Part shown: one piece after another, positions 29,314-39,978 of the stretch
Position numbering within the stretch: the stretch's first letter is position 1
How the letters are laid out: every line of letters begins with the position of its first letter
IMG/VR virus record: IMGVR_UViG_3300044731_001604
Span: 93,573-157,572 of that record
Length of the DNA stretch: 64,000 bases
Reading direction: 5' to 3' (one strand)
Origin: a virus
The notes under the pieces: model-generated
What the model saw: only the letters and a program-made list of their open reading frames with translations
Told to the model about the DNA's origin: nothing
Database searches by the model: none
Program-made: the position numbers and the translations under genes

Positions 29314-30192
29314 CTAGTGATTGCATCCTTCGTGACATTGATGCGGATTTTCTAAATTTTGTGACCATTCTAAGTATTCGTCATAATCCATAAATTGCTC
29401 TGCTTTGATTAATCGTTCACCTGTAGGCTCTTCAGATTTATGTACGCTATAGTATTCAGAGTAATAATCATGCGTAAATGATTTAAAGTCAGAAATACCT
29501 TGTTCATTAAAAGTAAAACCTGGGGCAACCATGGTCATAGTGTGTCTGCAGTTGGGGTGAGCGCCGTCAAATGGAGTTTTACCATCCCATAACTTTGGCT
29601 TAAAATATCCATGTGCTAATTGTGATAATTTATATGGTCTTGGTTTTCTAATATTGTTAGGATCATGGTACATCTGTTTGCAATATTTGCAAATTTTATC
29701 ATCCACCACTCCACGAAAAACTATGGTTGGATCAGATACGCCAATATCACTTGCGACTCTGGCGATACCTTCTCGGTTTGCATAGGCAATGACACTTCTA
29801 GTTTCGTTTCCTGTCAACATTTCGACATATTTACTAGCTTTATCAAAATGATCTTTAACTGATGCCATTGCTTCTTTGTGATCTTTGGCTGCTAAAATAG
29901 CGTTTAATATATGATTTTTAACTTTAAGCTTTTGAGAATCAAAATAATTGCCCGTTATTTCCGCTAAATTTTCTATAGTTTTTTGATCTGGTCTAATACC
30001 GGCACCATACATCATAGCTAATGCCCAAGTATACAAACCTTCAATGCTATCTAATGGATCTGATTGCCCTAATACTTCAAAAATAATATGAGGTCCCTTG
30101 AAATATCTTCCAAGAAGTCTAGCTTTTGTTGTTTCAAAAAGCTTTTCAATTCTTTGTAGAATAGTTTTTCTTTGAGAATCACTTAATTTCAT
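29314..30192 (-). CDS. MuF/SPP1 gp7-like minor head protein
   Basis: DDKICKYC and HPNCRH motifs; directly downstream of the portal gene. Confidence 0.75.
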   Translation of the reverse strand: MKLSDSQRKTILQRIEKLFETTKARLLGRYFKGPHIIFEVLGQSDPLDSIEGLYTWALAMMYGAGIRPDQKTIENLAEITGNYFDSQKLKVKNHILNAILAAKDHKEAMASVKDHFDKASKYVEMLTGNETRSVIAYANREGIARVASDIGVSDPTIVFRGVVDDKICKYCKQMYHDPNNIRKPRPYKLSQLAHGYFKPKLWDGKTPFDGAHPNCRHTMTMVAPGFTFNEQGISDFKSFTHDYYSEYYSVHKSEEPTGERLIKAEQFMDYDEYLEWSQNLENPHQCHEGCNH

Positions 30193-30222
30193 TGGCCCTC
30201 TTATGCTATTATACTACAAATA

Positions 30223-32265
30223 TTAATCTTTTTTATCTTTTAAGATTTTAGACATTTCTTCTAAAGCCTTTTTAGACTCTTCTTTCCACTTATCCATATG
30301 ATTATTAACTAATTCTTTGTGTCTTCTTAGTAATTGTCTAGTAAGAGAATTGTGATTATTTTTTAAAGATTTATCTAGTGCCGCATAGTTAACTAATTGA
30401 AACTCTGTTTTTTGCATTTGATCTTGTTCGCCATCCTGTTGTTCTTCTTGTTGTCCATCTTGCTGCTCTTCTGGTTGTCCTTGCGCCATCATTGCTTGTT
30501 GCTGCATTTGTTGTTGCATCATCATCTGTTGTTGCATTGCAGCCTGTGCTTTTTGTAAATCCATTTGTGCTTTTTGGAAATAAAACGGATCTCTTACGTA
30601 ATTCCATCTAGGGTCTTGAGCCGCACCTTTGATTTTAAAGAAATTCTCTAGTATAACACCAACCGGAACATATTTATCTAAAATTTGTTGATATTGAGGA
30701 TTCATTGGCAAATCTGCACCAAGTTCAGTTGGTACTAAGTTCTTTTCTACTGCCTTCATAATATCATTATATGACATATGAACGGCCATATCTTGTTGCA
30801 ATCTAGTGTTTTCTTTTTCCGGAGAATCTTTTTCTAATCCAGTCAAAACTATTTGATGTGTTTTTGCTAATTCTGGGTCAATTTTAGGAAGAATGTGAGT
30901 ATTAAGGAAATCTTGAAAATCATACAAAAGAGGTCTGATACCGATATCTCTTGCAGCATTTAATTTCCACTCATTATCACTTTCGCCCAAAGCTTGTGTG
31001 TTTGTTCCTCTAGCTAAATATCCCATTGAAGGAACTTCTTCTGGGGACATTTGGAATGCTGATAATATAACCCTGGCATTATTATCCATTAGATACTGGA
31101 ATTCAGCATCTCTTCCGCCTTGATCCATTTGCTGCCAAGATATTTCATCTTCTTGGCCAACAGCAAATACTGGAGTTCTCCAACTATTGCTTACAGAATT
31201 GATTGATTGCTGAAATTGTAGTCTTGTTCTTTGTAACATTGCTTCATCGGCAGAATCTGATTTAAAAATTAACATACCCTTAGCAGCACGTCCATTTTGG
31301 AAGTAAAGCTTATTATGCATAGTTATGTTAATATGCGTAGTAATGGCATTTAATGCTTGATCAATTGGAGTAAGTGGGTAGCCATTGTGTTCAATATTTG
31401 TTGTTGGGTATAAATTGTATACAACTAATTCTTCTTCAGTAAAAGCTTGCACTGGCTTAAGATCGACAACTTGAACATATCTATATTCATCTTTTGTGTA
31501 TTTTTCTACATCAATTTTTTTGTTTTTTAATTGCTGTAATTGTCTTAAAGCTTCTCTTCTTAAAGATTGGTCTTGTTCTTTTTGTGGCAACATTTTATAA
31601 ATTGTGCCAGCATCAGCAGCTCTCCATGCATACAATTCTTTTTGAGCAGTCTTTGGGTTTATATGCCAGATAAACTCTGTAGCAAATCTTCCATAAGCAA
31701 CGCCATCTCTAGTAGATAGTTTTAAGAACTGAGACAAATTCATTCTATCAGTCTCTTCGTCTAGAGTTCCTTTGCCACAATTCCAGAGCATTTTTTTAAC
31801 TTTTTCTATTTTTTCTTGAAGTATCTTTTGTTCTTCTGGACTTCTGACGGCATTTTTGTCCATGTCTTGAACGTCAAAACCATTTGAAAATCTATCAATT
31901 CTAGGTCTACCAAAAGAAGATACATGATTTGATCTGATTTGCAAAATTTGATTAACTAATTCGTCTCCACCTGGGCCTGTAATCTTTTTAATGATTGAAT
32001 CTGGAGTTAAATTTTGCTTAAGCTTATAGAAACCCATCGCACCTTGATAATTTGCGTGAGGATCTACTTCAAAAGCCATTCTTTCAACTTGATTAATACT
32101 TTGCTGATTAATTGATTTAACTATTTGACCTAAAATGCCATATGGTTCATTTTTAGAACCTAAAGCTTCTGCTTCTTCAGCCTTTTTCAATTCAGAAATA
32201 GCAACTGGATCAATTGCTATAACTGGCTGGGCTTTCTTTTTTTCGGTTTTCTTTAAATCAGACAC
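30223..32265 (-). CDS. Portal protein (SPO1/Twort-like)
   Basis: GYPLTPIDQAL, YFQNGRAAKGML, NSWRTPV, DAEFQ, AFQMSPEE, GIRPLL; Q/M-rich C-terminal extension. Confidence 0.88.
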   Translation of the reverse strand: MSDLKKTEKKKAQPVIAIDPVAISELKKAEEAEALGSKNEPYGILGQIVKSINQQSINQVERMAFEVDPHANYQGAMGFYKLKQNLTPDSIIKKITGPGGDELVNQILQIRSNHVSSFGRPRIDRFSNGFDVQDMDKNAVRSPEEQKILQEKIEKVKKMLWNCGKGTLDEETDRMNLSQFLKLSTRDGVAYGRFATEFIWHINPKTAQKELYAWRAADAGTIYKMLPQKEQDQSLRREALRQLQQLKNKKIDVEKYTKDEYRYVQVVDLKPVQAFTEEELVVYNLYPTTNIEHNGYPLTPIDQALNAITTHINITMHNKLYFQNGRAAKGMLIFKSDSADEAMLQRTRLQFQQSINSVSNSWRTPVFAVGQEDEISWQQMDQGGRDAEFQYLMDNNARVILSAFQMSPEEVPSMGYLARGTNTQALGESDNEWKLNAARDIGIRPLLYDFQDFLNTHILPKIDPELAKTHQIVLTGLEKDSPEKENTRLQQDMAVHMSYNDIMKAVEKNLVPTELGADLPMNPQYQQILDKYVPVGVILENFFKIKGAAQDPRWNYVRDPFYFQKAQMDLQKAQAAMQQQMMMQQQMQQQAMMAQGQPEEQQDGQQEEQQDGEQDQMQKTEFQLVNYAALDKSLKNNHNSLTRQLLRRHKELVNNHMDKWKEESKKALEEMSKILKDKKD

Positions 32266-32268
32266 AAA

Positions 32269-33243
32269 TTACTCCACTGAGAAGAATTTAATATTGCAAT
32301 TGTTTACTGACTTATTTACAATTTCACAGCTATAAGAATCGCCCATTTTTGATAAATACCCTTTGAGGTATCTGTCGCCAGATTTTAATGGAGTAATTCT
32401 GTTTGAGTCATCAGTTGCATCATTAAATCTAACAGAGCATTCTTGATCACATTCGATACTAACCATTTTTTTAACAGAAGTATATATAGTGATGCTTGAA
32501 GCAACGTAAGTTAGATTGCTTTCTTCTGGGATGGCTTCTGTTGAAAGAAAGTCGATAGTTGTTGGTGTAGATGAAACAATTTCATAAGTTTTATGAGAAA
32601 CTGATGAGAAAGTTCCAGAAATTTGCATTTTTTGTCCTGGCCTTACTAAATCATCTGCAAAAAATTGAACATCTGATGCTGTAGATGTAGAGATAGTTTC
32701 TTGAATTCCTTCAAAAGCTACGCCAGTTTCTCTGATTGCTGAAATTTTAGTTCCAGAAACACCAATTATTTTCCAAATACCTGAATTAATTGGATTAAAT
32801 GCATAAGGACCAGCATCATTGAGACCTGGACCTTTAATTCTCATTAAGTCGCCAACAACAATAGAAGTTAAAGTCGCGCCAGAAAAATCAAACACTGCTA
32901 GTGCTGAATTATTAATTGTTACATTGCAAGTATTGATTCCAGAAACAGATCTGATTGTTCTAAAGCCAGCTCCAGCAGAAGTTAGTCTGTAAATAGAATC
33001 TGTCTGAGAAGCAACAGCAATTGAAACAGTTGACGCTGGTGATAGCGAAGTTGTTACTGTAGAAGAAAACAGCTTAAAAGATTCGCCTGGCGCAAGAGTT
33101 TTTGTGCTACCTTGTGGATTTTTAACAAGAATTGATTCCAATCTTAATCTGTTGTCGATATCTCTTTGATATGGAGAATCAGTAACTGCTGGATCGCTGT
33201 AGCATAAAATGTGATTAGTTATATTTAATATACTATCGGCCAT
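32269..33243 (-). CDS. Beta-rich virion structural protein (putative)
   Basis: 324 aa, S/T/G-rich, between TerL and portal, upstream CTAATCT motif. Confidence 0.5.
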   Translation of the reverse strand: MADSILNITNHILCYSDPAVTDSPYQRDIDNRLRLESILVKNPQGSTKTLAPGESFKLFSSTVTTSLSPASTVSIAVASQTDSIYRLTSAGAGFRTIRSVSGINTCNVTINNSALAVFDFSGATLTSIVVGDLMRIKGPGLNDAGPYAFNPINSGIWKIIGVSGTKISAIRETGVAFEGIQETISTSTASDVQFFADDLVRPGQKMQISGTFSSVSHKTYEIVSSTPTTIDFLSTEAIPEESNLTYVASSITIYTSVKKMVSIECDQECSVRFNDATDDSNRITPLKSGDRYLKGYLSKMGDSYSCEIVNKSVNNCNIKFFSVE

Positions 33244-33326
33244 GAGTTTCTCCTGTAATTCTATGTATCTAAAAGATTAGGAAATCTATAGAAATCTAAG
33301 TCTTTTTTATATATACCACATTTTTA

Positions 33327-35192
33327 TTAATCTGTATCGTCTGACCCAAAATCCCATATTATTAGGCCATCTGAAGATTTACCTTTTGATTCAAAACCCT
33401 GACCGTCTGTCAATTCTCTAACCTTTTGACTTAGCCAGTCTGGATATTGTTTATTATAAATATCTGCTGGTGGAGGTTGCGACGGCGCAGCAGATAGCTT
33501 ACCTTTGGCTTTGAACATGTTTTGAGCAGCATACCTTAAGGCATCTGCTATATCTGCAACTTCTGAATCATCTGGCTCTTGTGTTAAATCTCCAAGTGTA
33601 TCTAATTTAAATGAATGTTCTGCAAACATAGACATAAGAATTTTAGTTCTTGCGTGTTTAACAACTTTCAACTTGCGAATACCCTTTGCATTTATAATTT
33701 GCCCACGAACAGCTTCTATACCGCCCCTAACATCTTTTTTAAAGTCTGAACAAACCATTCCGTTTTTTCTAAATGTTTTAATAAACATAGGTTCAGCAGT
33801 ATCAAGATGCCATCTTGTTGGTTTGTACATTGCCTTAATTTTAAGTGCTAGGTCTAATATCTCGTCGAATTCTAATCCAGGAATAGAGTAGGCATCGACT
33901 AGCCACCATTCTTGACTTGGTAACAACGCTGTTACAACAAATGCTTGGGCATGGGCATGACCCCAGTCGCCGCCAACTTGAAACTTAACTCCAGCTTCAA
34001 TCATTTTTTGTACCAGATCTTCTATTTCAATATCTTTGTGCATTGTTGTGCCAGTATATCGCTCCCAAGCTTGTTTCAATGTATACGTATTACCAGATCC
34101 GTCATCTTTATCTAAGAACCTTGGGTATACCATACCTTGAGAACTTGGCTTCCAGCACATTAACTGAGCTTCTGCTAAATCTGGGTCGGTTTTAGCAAAC
34201 TGACTGATGACGAAATCAATTGGTTTCCACAATCCACCAACATCTTTCTCACTTCTGTTTGCCAACCGACCCCTGCAAACTGGGGCAAGTTTACAAGTTG
34301 CACATCCACCCATCACTGTTATCTCGTCGTAATTCTCTTGTACTTTTGTTTGTAATCTACCGTATCCTTCTTTATCTAAAGTTTCTAGTGGCAAATTTTT
34401 GTTTACATATATAGTTTTATGAGGCAAATCTGGTCTATGTCTTTCTGGTTGGCATTTTTCTGTGATATCAATTATGTTCCAGCGATACACATTCCAATTA
34501 TTTTCTACGGCCTTTTCCATTTCTTTACTAAACAGTCCTCCAGGAAACTTCATGGTAGAAGTCTTAATTGTTAATGGGTGCTGTCCGTTAAATACACCTG
34601 GAATAAATTCTGCTTCTTTAAACGCTCTAATTCCCTCTGCGCTTCTAATAGTATCTACTTCATCTACGCATAACAAATTTGAATGCGAGCTATTAGCTCC
34701 TGTTATAGTAGCAACAACAATTTTCATCCAAGACGAACTACCGTCTTTGTTTTTAATAGTAATTTCTTTGCTGTTTTGTGTATTTAAAAACATTCCATGG
34801 TGTTCTAAGTACGGAGCCATTTTAGTTAAAAAGGTATTTGTATAACTTTTTGCTGCTGTAGCTTGCGGAACGATGGCAGCCATGTGACATATTGTGGCTC
34901 CAAAGTGAGCCATCAAAATCACGGAAAGTATTGATTCGGTTAAGGTTTTATAACTTTCTCTTGAAGAAATTGTAATTACAGACGGTGATTTCCAACTTTC
35001 ATTTTTTCTATACATGTCATATACATCATACATCCATTCAATAGGACTAGAATTTGAATCTGGATCTATAGATGAATCTGGTAAATCAAGTCCGAGGAAA
35101 TTGTGTACCCAATTTTTCAAATGTTCTTTGTCATGAAATTTCACGAGAAATGTTTTTGCTAAATTTTCATCAAATTTAAAGTCTACACTCAT
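33327..35192 (-). CDS. terL: Terminase large subunit
   Basis: SRESYKT Walker A variant, LCVDEVD Walker B, GGDWG nuclease motif I, DIADALRY. Confidence 0.88.
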   Translation of the reverse strand: MSVDFKFDENLAKTFLVKFHDKEHLKNWVHNFLGLDLPDSSIDPDSNSSPIEWMYDVYDMYRKNESWKSPSVITISSRESYKTLTESILSVILMAHFGATICHMAAIVPQATAAKSYTNTFLTKMAPYLEHHGMFLNTQNSKEITIKNKDGSSSWMKIVVATITGANSSHSNLLCVDEVDTIRSAEGIRAFKEAEFIPGVFNGQHPLTIKTSTMKFPGGLFSKEMEKAVENNWNVYRWNIIDITEKCQPERHRPDLPHKTIYVNKNLPLETLDKEGYGRLQTKVQENYDEITVMGGCATCKLAPVCRGRLANRSEKDVGGLWKPIDFVISQFAKTDPDLAEAQLMCWKPSSQGMVYPRFLDKDDGSGNTYTLKQAWERYTGTTMHKDIEIEDLVQKMIEAGVKFQVGGDWGHAHAQAFVVTALLPSQEWWLVDAYSIPGLEFDEILDLALKIKAMYKPTRWHLDTAEPMFIKTFRKNGMVCSDFKKDVRGGIEAVRGQIINAKGIRKLKVVKHARTKILMSMFAEHSFKLDTLGDLTQEPDDSEVADIADALRYAAQNMFKAKGKLSAAPSQPPPADIYNKQYPDWLSQKVRELTDGQGFESKGKSSDGLIIWDFGSDDTD

Positions 35193-35824
35193 CGTTTTTT
35201 AGCCTCTGATAGAATAGCCAATATTTTAGCTGCATCTTCTGATGATAGTTCACCATTGCCAGACTTATCCGCATGAACTGAAACATTTATATCTTGCGTA
35301 TTCGTTATCTCAACTTTAGAGTTTTTATCTTGGCCTGTTATTTTTAACAAACCTTCAGTAATCTTTAAGAGGTTTTGAAGAGACCCGATTGCCATTGTTC
35401 CCTCTAGATCTTTTTCATCACCTGATTGCAAATATTTTTTAAGTTTATCAGATTGCTGTTTTCTTGCAACGGCTAATAAATCTGCATACAATTCTGTTGT
35501 TTCAAGTTGTGCTTTAGCAACTTTATCCCTGATTCGTCTTTGAAGCATCATTGCGTATGCGTCTTTGTTTTCATCCCAACGGTATTTAATTCTAGCATCA
35601 ATTATTGCTTCTACCGGAAACGCTTTGTTAAGTCTATGGATTTCTTCAATTGATGAGCCGTTTAGGAATAATTCAAACATTTTTGCTGCAGATTCTGGAG
35701 CTAGTCCTTTTCCGCCATTTGCGATATATCTTTCTAAGTCTATGATTTCTTTGGACGTTAAAATACCTGCCGCAAGATCAGCATAATCTCCAGGTCGATA
35801 TAATTGAAGCCCTTTTTGTTCCAT
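35189..35824 (-). CDS. Putative terminase small subunit
   Basis: HTH-like N-terminus plus helical region; overlaps the TerL start. Confidence 0.5.
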   Translation of the reverse strand: MEQKGLQLYRPGDYADLAAGILTSKEIIDLERYIANGGKGLAPESAAKMFELFLNGSSIEEIHRLNKAFPVEAIIDARIKYRWDENKDAYAMMLQRRIRDKVAKAQLETTELYADLLAVARKQQSDKLKKYLQSGDEKDLEGTMAIGSLQNLLKITEGLLKITGQDKNSKVEITNTQDINVSVHADKSGNGELSSEDAAKILAILSEAKKR

Positions 35825-35842
35825 AGTATAATATATACCACA

Positions 35843-36172
35843 TTAATCTATATCATTTGAATCTATGACCTTTTTTTTGCCAAAATAGACAATTACCCTA
35901 GTTTCATTCCACAAAAGAGATTGAGTCCACCTGCAGATGGCTACTAACGCCGAATTAAGCTGTTCTTTTGTGAATACATCTCCCTTTTGAGTCTTGCAGC
36001 GATATGTGACCGTTTTTGTTTCTATGTCTACATTTGCCTCAGATGATTTTACCGATGGAATGAGCAATGGCCATCTTTTTAATTGCAAAGCTTGCGCTTC
36101 ATGAATTGCGCCAATTCTTACCGTAACGCCTTTTAAATATAGTAATTGTTCTCTTACTTTTTGAGAATCCAT
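35843..36172 (-). CDS. Hypothetical protein
   Basis: 109-aa ORF in the operon. Confidence 0.55.
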   Translation of the reverse strand: MDSQKVREQLLYLKGVTVRIGAIHEAQALQLKRWPLLIPSVKSSEANVDIETKTVTYRCKTQKGDVFTKEQLNSALVAICRWTQSLLWNETRVIVYFGKKKVIDSNDID

Positions 36173-36173
36173 T

Positions 36174-37184
36174 CTACACTCCTTGTTTTAAACTTGGGCA
36201 ATTTTCGTAAATTTTTCTTAATATTTGTTCTTTGTGATTTTGTAACTGGTTCTCTTCAAAGAATCTATTAGAGAACTGACTAAAAGCTTTGCTAATACCA
36301 TCTGATTCTTTAATATCAATAACTTTCATCTCGTCAGTATACTCTGTTTTAATTTTAACTGAATCTGGAAGTGTCTTAGATATTTTTTTAATAAAGTCTC
36401 TTGTACCTTTTAATTCTACGTAAGTTCTGTTTGATGGCGGCACATCTGGTATTTCTTGTCCTTCTTCAATAACAACTTTTGTAAATGGTTCAGATACGCT
36501 TGATGGTGTTGGAAAGAATTTTCTATTCCCAGAGCTGTACAATGCAGTTATTCCTTTGACTTCTCCAATATCAGATCTAGTTAAATGCCTAGTTGTTCCT
36601 ACATAAAGTACTTTGTCAAATTCTTGAGATTTATGTATATGACCAGATATAAATTTGATATCAGTTGGGTACTGTGAAAGATCAAATCCATGAGGTGCAT
36701 AGAAACCATTCTCATACATACAACCTTGAAATTCAGTATGACAAAGGATTGTTTTGATTCCTTTGGAGTATGCCTCTAAAACTTTTTCTTTAAAAACGTC
36801 TTCTTTGCGAATATAACCAATCGCCCCTACTCCGTTTGCTATCTGTATAACGTCTTCTTTAATTATATTTATTTGATCATCGTGGGCTCTCATAGCCGAT
36901 GCTGTTCCATCTTGGTTCATATCGTGATTGCCTTCTAAAGCAAACACTTTTACTGATTTGTTCTGGTTAAACTTATTAAATTGTTTTCGCCAAAAATTCA
37001 TTACCTCTACTCTGGTAACTGCGAAATCGTTATATTGATCTCCCATAAACACAACATGAACTTCAGATTCTTTGCTGAAATCATTGGCAATTCCAATAAT
37101 CCAATCAATAATTTTGGATACTTCTTCAGTGTCCTCTTTTCTTACGTGCATGTCGCCTATAGGCAATATAACATAATTATCCAA
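36174..37184 (-). CDS. SbcD/Mre11/gp47-like metallophosphoesterase nuclease
   Basis: GDMH, GDQYND, GNHD, CH, SGHIH motifs. Confidence 0.85.
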   Translation of the reverse strand: MDNYVILPIGDMHVRKEDTEEVSKIIDWIIGIANDFSKESEVHVVFMGDQYNDFAVTRVEVMNFWRKQFNKFNQNKSVKVFALEGNHDMNQDGTASAMRAHDDQINIIKEDVIQIANGVGAIGYIRKEDVFKEKVLEAYSKGIKTILCHTEFQGCMYENGFYAPHGFDLSQYPTDIKFISGHIHKSQEFDKVLYVGTTRHLTRSDIGEVKGITALYSSGNRKFFPTPSSVSEPFTKVVIEEGQEIPDVPPSNRTYVELKGTRDFIKKISKTLPDSVKIKTEYTDEMKVIDIKESDGISKAFSQFSNRFFEENQLQNHKEQILRKIYENCPSLKQGV

Positions 37185-37464
37185 TTTTATATCCTATTAT
37201 TTCATTTTCTGGACATAAAACAAAGTTATTTTCTTCAAATGAAAACAATGTCTTAGCCCATGGTTTTAAACCAGAATCTCCACGAATAATTACTTTGTCT
37301 CCTGGTTTTAAATCTGTCTCACCTAATTTATAGCACATAACAAGTTCACAGTCAATTAGATTGATACGTTGAGAGATTCTTACTAGACCTCCTGACGTAT
37401 CCGACTCTATTTTTTTAAATTCTGGTTGCTTAATTGCTAATAAACCTTTATTTGTACCTAACAT
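37177..37464 (-). CDS. groES: GroES/Cpn10-like co-chaperonin
   Basis: 95 aa; mobile-loop-like TSGGLV, LKPGDKVII, and C-terminal FVLCPENEIIG. Confidence 0.65.
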   Translation of the reverse strand: MLGTNKGLLAIKQPEFKKIESDTSGGLVRISQRINLIDCELVMCYKLGETDLKPGDKVIIRGDSGLKPWAKTLFSFEENNFVLCPENEIIGYKIG

Positions 37465-37472
37465 ATTGTCTC

Positions 37473-38471
37473 CTAAAACATTTCTTTAATATCGCCAATT
37501 TTTAAAAACAATACTTTTTGCTCTAGCGGCGTTAGTGTTTTTAAGATTTTTAGTATTTTTAATTTTAAATCATTGTTTTCTATCTCATTTAACAAGTCTA
37601 AGCCACTTACTAACTTTTCGCCAAGTGTTAGATTGTTATCGTATTTTTCATCAATGCTACATACTTGATTTGCTGCTGCATCAATTAAAGATAGATCGTC
37701 TGCTGTTGTTCCTGCGAAACTTTCATTAACAAATGATTTTAAGTCTTCGCCAGAGATATCTGCATCCTTTAATTTTGCCTTCCTAGCTCTATATAGTATT
37801 CTTTTGTCTTTAGGCGGTAATTTGACCAAAGTCGCTGAATAATCTTCTGACATATTTAAAGTCATTCTGCCGATTGCAACAGATCTAAACACTGTTTTAT
37901 AAGGAGGAACAAAATTATCTATGGCTTCTAATAAACCCCTTGAAGCATCTTGTATGAGGTCCATATAATCTACGTGGTGTTCTGAGGTTTTAGACCAAAA
38001 CAACTTAGCTCTATTAATAGCTAGCGGTAAATTAGTTTCGCAAAGGCTCTTTCTTAATGAAAGTATTTCTTCGTAAGTATTTTGAAGTTCTTTTTTATGA
38101 GGTCCTTCGTAGTTATCTAGGACCCATTTAACAAATAGATAGTTAATTCTAAATCTGTGTAGTTTTTTGGCGTCTTTTGATAAAAGTATTGGAAACATCT
38201 TTTTAGAAAAAGTATCTTGTCTTTCTCTAAAATAAGGTCTTACAGACAATTTGTTTTTCTTTACTTCCAATATATAGTATATAAAATCTTCGTATGTTTT
38301 TTCTCCGTGCGAAGTGGACAATAAAGTGGATTTAAATGTTCTTTCTAGTTTAAATAGTTTGTTAAGGTTCTCTTTTTGAGACTTTCCATTTAAACTATCG
38401 CTATCTTTTAGCGCAACATCTAAATCTGCTATAAATTTTTTAAAAAGTGTAGGCTGTTGTTTCTGTTTCAT
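37473..38471 (-). CDS. Sigma70-family RNA polymerase sigma factor lacking the region 4.2 HTH
   Basis: Region 2: LCETNLPLAINRAK...YMDLIQDASRGLLEAIDNF...FRSVA. Region 3.2: SIDE...TLGE. Ends LTPLEQKVLFLKIGDIKEMF. Likely start MKQK at 38471. Confidence 0.8.
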   Translation of the reverse strand: MKQKQQPTLFKKFIADLDVALKDSDSLNGKSQKENLNKLFKLERTFKSTLLSTSHGEKTYEDFIYYILEVKKNKLSVRPYFRERQDTFSKKMFPILLSKDAKKLHRFRINYLFVKWVLDNYEGPHKKELQNTYEEILSLRKSLCETNLPLAINRAKLFWSKTSEHHVDYMDLIQDASRGLLEAIDNFVPPYKTVFRSVAIGRMTLNMSEDYSATLVKLPPKDKRILYRARKAKLKDADISGEDLKSFVNESFAGTTADDLSLIDAAANQVCSIDEKYDNNLTLGEKLVSGLDLLNEIENNDLKLKILKILKTLTPLEQKVLFLKIGDIKEMF

Positions 38472-38490
38472 AAACACACATACCACATTT

Positions 38491-39978
38491 TTATATCTCT
38501 TGTACGTCTCCCAGTTGTTCGTATATACCAATTCGCGTATCACAGTGCCTTTCCATTGATGGAGAGCCATTTACTTTGAAATCTACTACTATTACGTCTT
38601 CTTTTCCTGGTACGATCCTAGTGCCCCTGCCTATAGCTTGTTTTATTTTGATTTCTGACATCCCACCCTGTAAATATATTAGACAGCCAGTTGGTCTCAA
38701 ATCAACTCCAGTAGCAATTGCTGAGGTTCCTATTAATAGTTTTGTTTCTCCAGAATTGAATCTTTCTATAATAGCTTCATTATCAGGGTCCCAGTATTCT
38801 TTTGGCAAGATGTCTCTGAGTTTCGTTCCATCTGCATTTTCTCTATTTGAAGCTCCGCCATGGGCAAACTCAAACGGTATTGTTATATAGTTTTTTAATG
38901 CAAGGAATTGGCCAAATTCTTCAATTAGTATTACAGTTGGTCTATTGGCTAAAGTTATAGCTTTATAAGCAAAATCTGCTGCTAGTTTGTTTACATTTGG
39001 ATTTAAATACAGTTGATTTTGAGTTTCTTTATTTATATCCTTTGCGCCAGCAAACCCTTTTGATGGAACATTAAATACTTTAAAAAAAGGTCTTGCAAGA
39101 TATTTTTCTTCTACTAGATCTTTAAAGTCTTTTCTATATACTACTGGTCCAGTGATTCCTTTTAGGACCATATCTGACCCGTCATTTCTCATTTGAGTTG
39201 CAGAAACAAAGAATCTGTATTGAGCATTTTTAAGCGCACCTAGGCACACTTTTTCAAAAGTTTCGCTTGGTGTAGTATGGGCTTCGTCGGCTATAAACAT
39301 TTCTGTTTTACTGAAAAACTCATATTCTTCTGTTCCTGGCTCAATTCTTGTTAACGCCTGACCTGTTGCTATAGTGAATAGTTTTTTAATTTCTTTCTTT
39401 CCGTCACCATATTTACCAACGAATTTTTTACCAAATAAGTGTACCATTTCTTCGTATATTTGGTTTGTTATTGTTTTTGCTGGTGTCATTATAACCGTTT
39501 GAACTGGAAGTTCTTTGCAGAGAGTAAACAAACATAGAGTTTTTCCTGCTCCAGTTGGTAATTCTATTGCACCATGGCCAGTTTTGATTAAAGCATCGAC
39601 TGCAGCTCTTTGATATGTTCTTGGTGGAAACTTAGGGGCATGTTCCCATGGGATTTGTCTTTTTGGTTCTGGCTTTAATGGAGCCTGTTCTAATTCCCAT
39701 CCAAATATATTTTGCAAATCTTGCCAAAGACCAGAGTAGGTACATGGTAACCCATCTTTGTTATAAAATAGTAAAGATCTTGTTTGATTCTTTTTTAATT
39801 CTTCTATTCTAGATTCAAATGCTTCTGGATCTTTTTTCTTCCAAAATATATTTTGTTTCATTTTTTGAAGTTGATAACCAACGCTTCTGTCTGTAAAAGA
39901 CAAAAATCTTTTAACTTTATCGGAATCATCTGGGAGAATGATAACTGCTGGTGAATCGTATCTCATAATGTTGCTCAT
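38491..39978 (-). CDS. SF2 DNA helicase (UvsW-like)
   Basis: RTYQ, LPTGAGKT, DEAH, SAT, TGVD, QAIGRGTR. Confidence 0.9.
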   Translation of the reverse strand: MSNIMRYDSPAVIILPDDSDKVKRFLSFTDRSVGYQLQKMKQNIFWKKKDPEAFESRIEELKKNQTRSLLFYNKDGLPCTYSGLWQDLQNIFGWELEQAPLKPEPKRQIPWEHAPKFPPRTYQRAAVDALIKTGHGAIELPTGAGKTLCLFTLCKELPVQTVIMTPAKTITNQIYEEMVHLFGKKFVGKYGDGKKEIKKLFTIATGQALTRIEPGTEEYEFFSKTEMFIADEAHTTPSETFEKVCLGALKNAQYRFFVSATQMRNDGSDMVLKGITGPVVYRKDFKDLVEEKYLARPFFKVFNVPSKGFAGAKDINKETQNQLYLNPNVNKLAADFAYKAITLANRPTVILIEEFGQFLALKNYITIPFEFAHGGASNRENADGTKLRDILPKEYWDPDNEAIIERFNSGETKLLIGTSAIATGVDLRPTGCLIYLQGGMSEIKIKQAIGRGTRIVPGKEDVIVVDFKVNGSPSMERHCDTRIGIYEQLGDVQEI

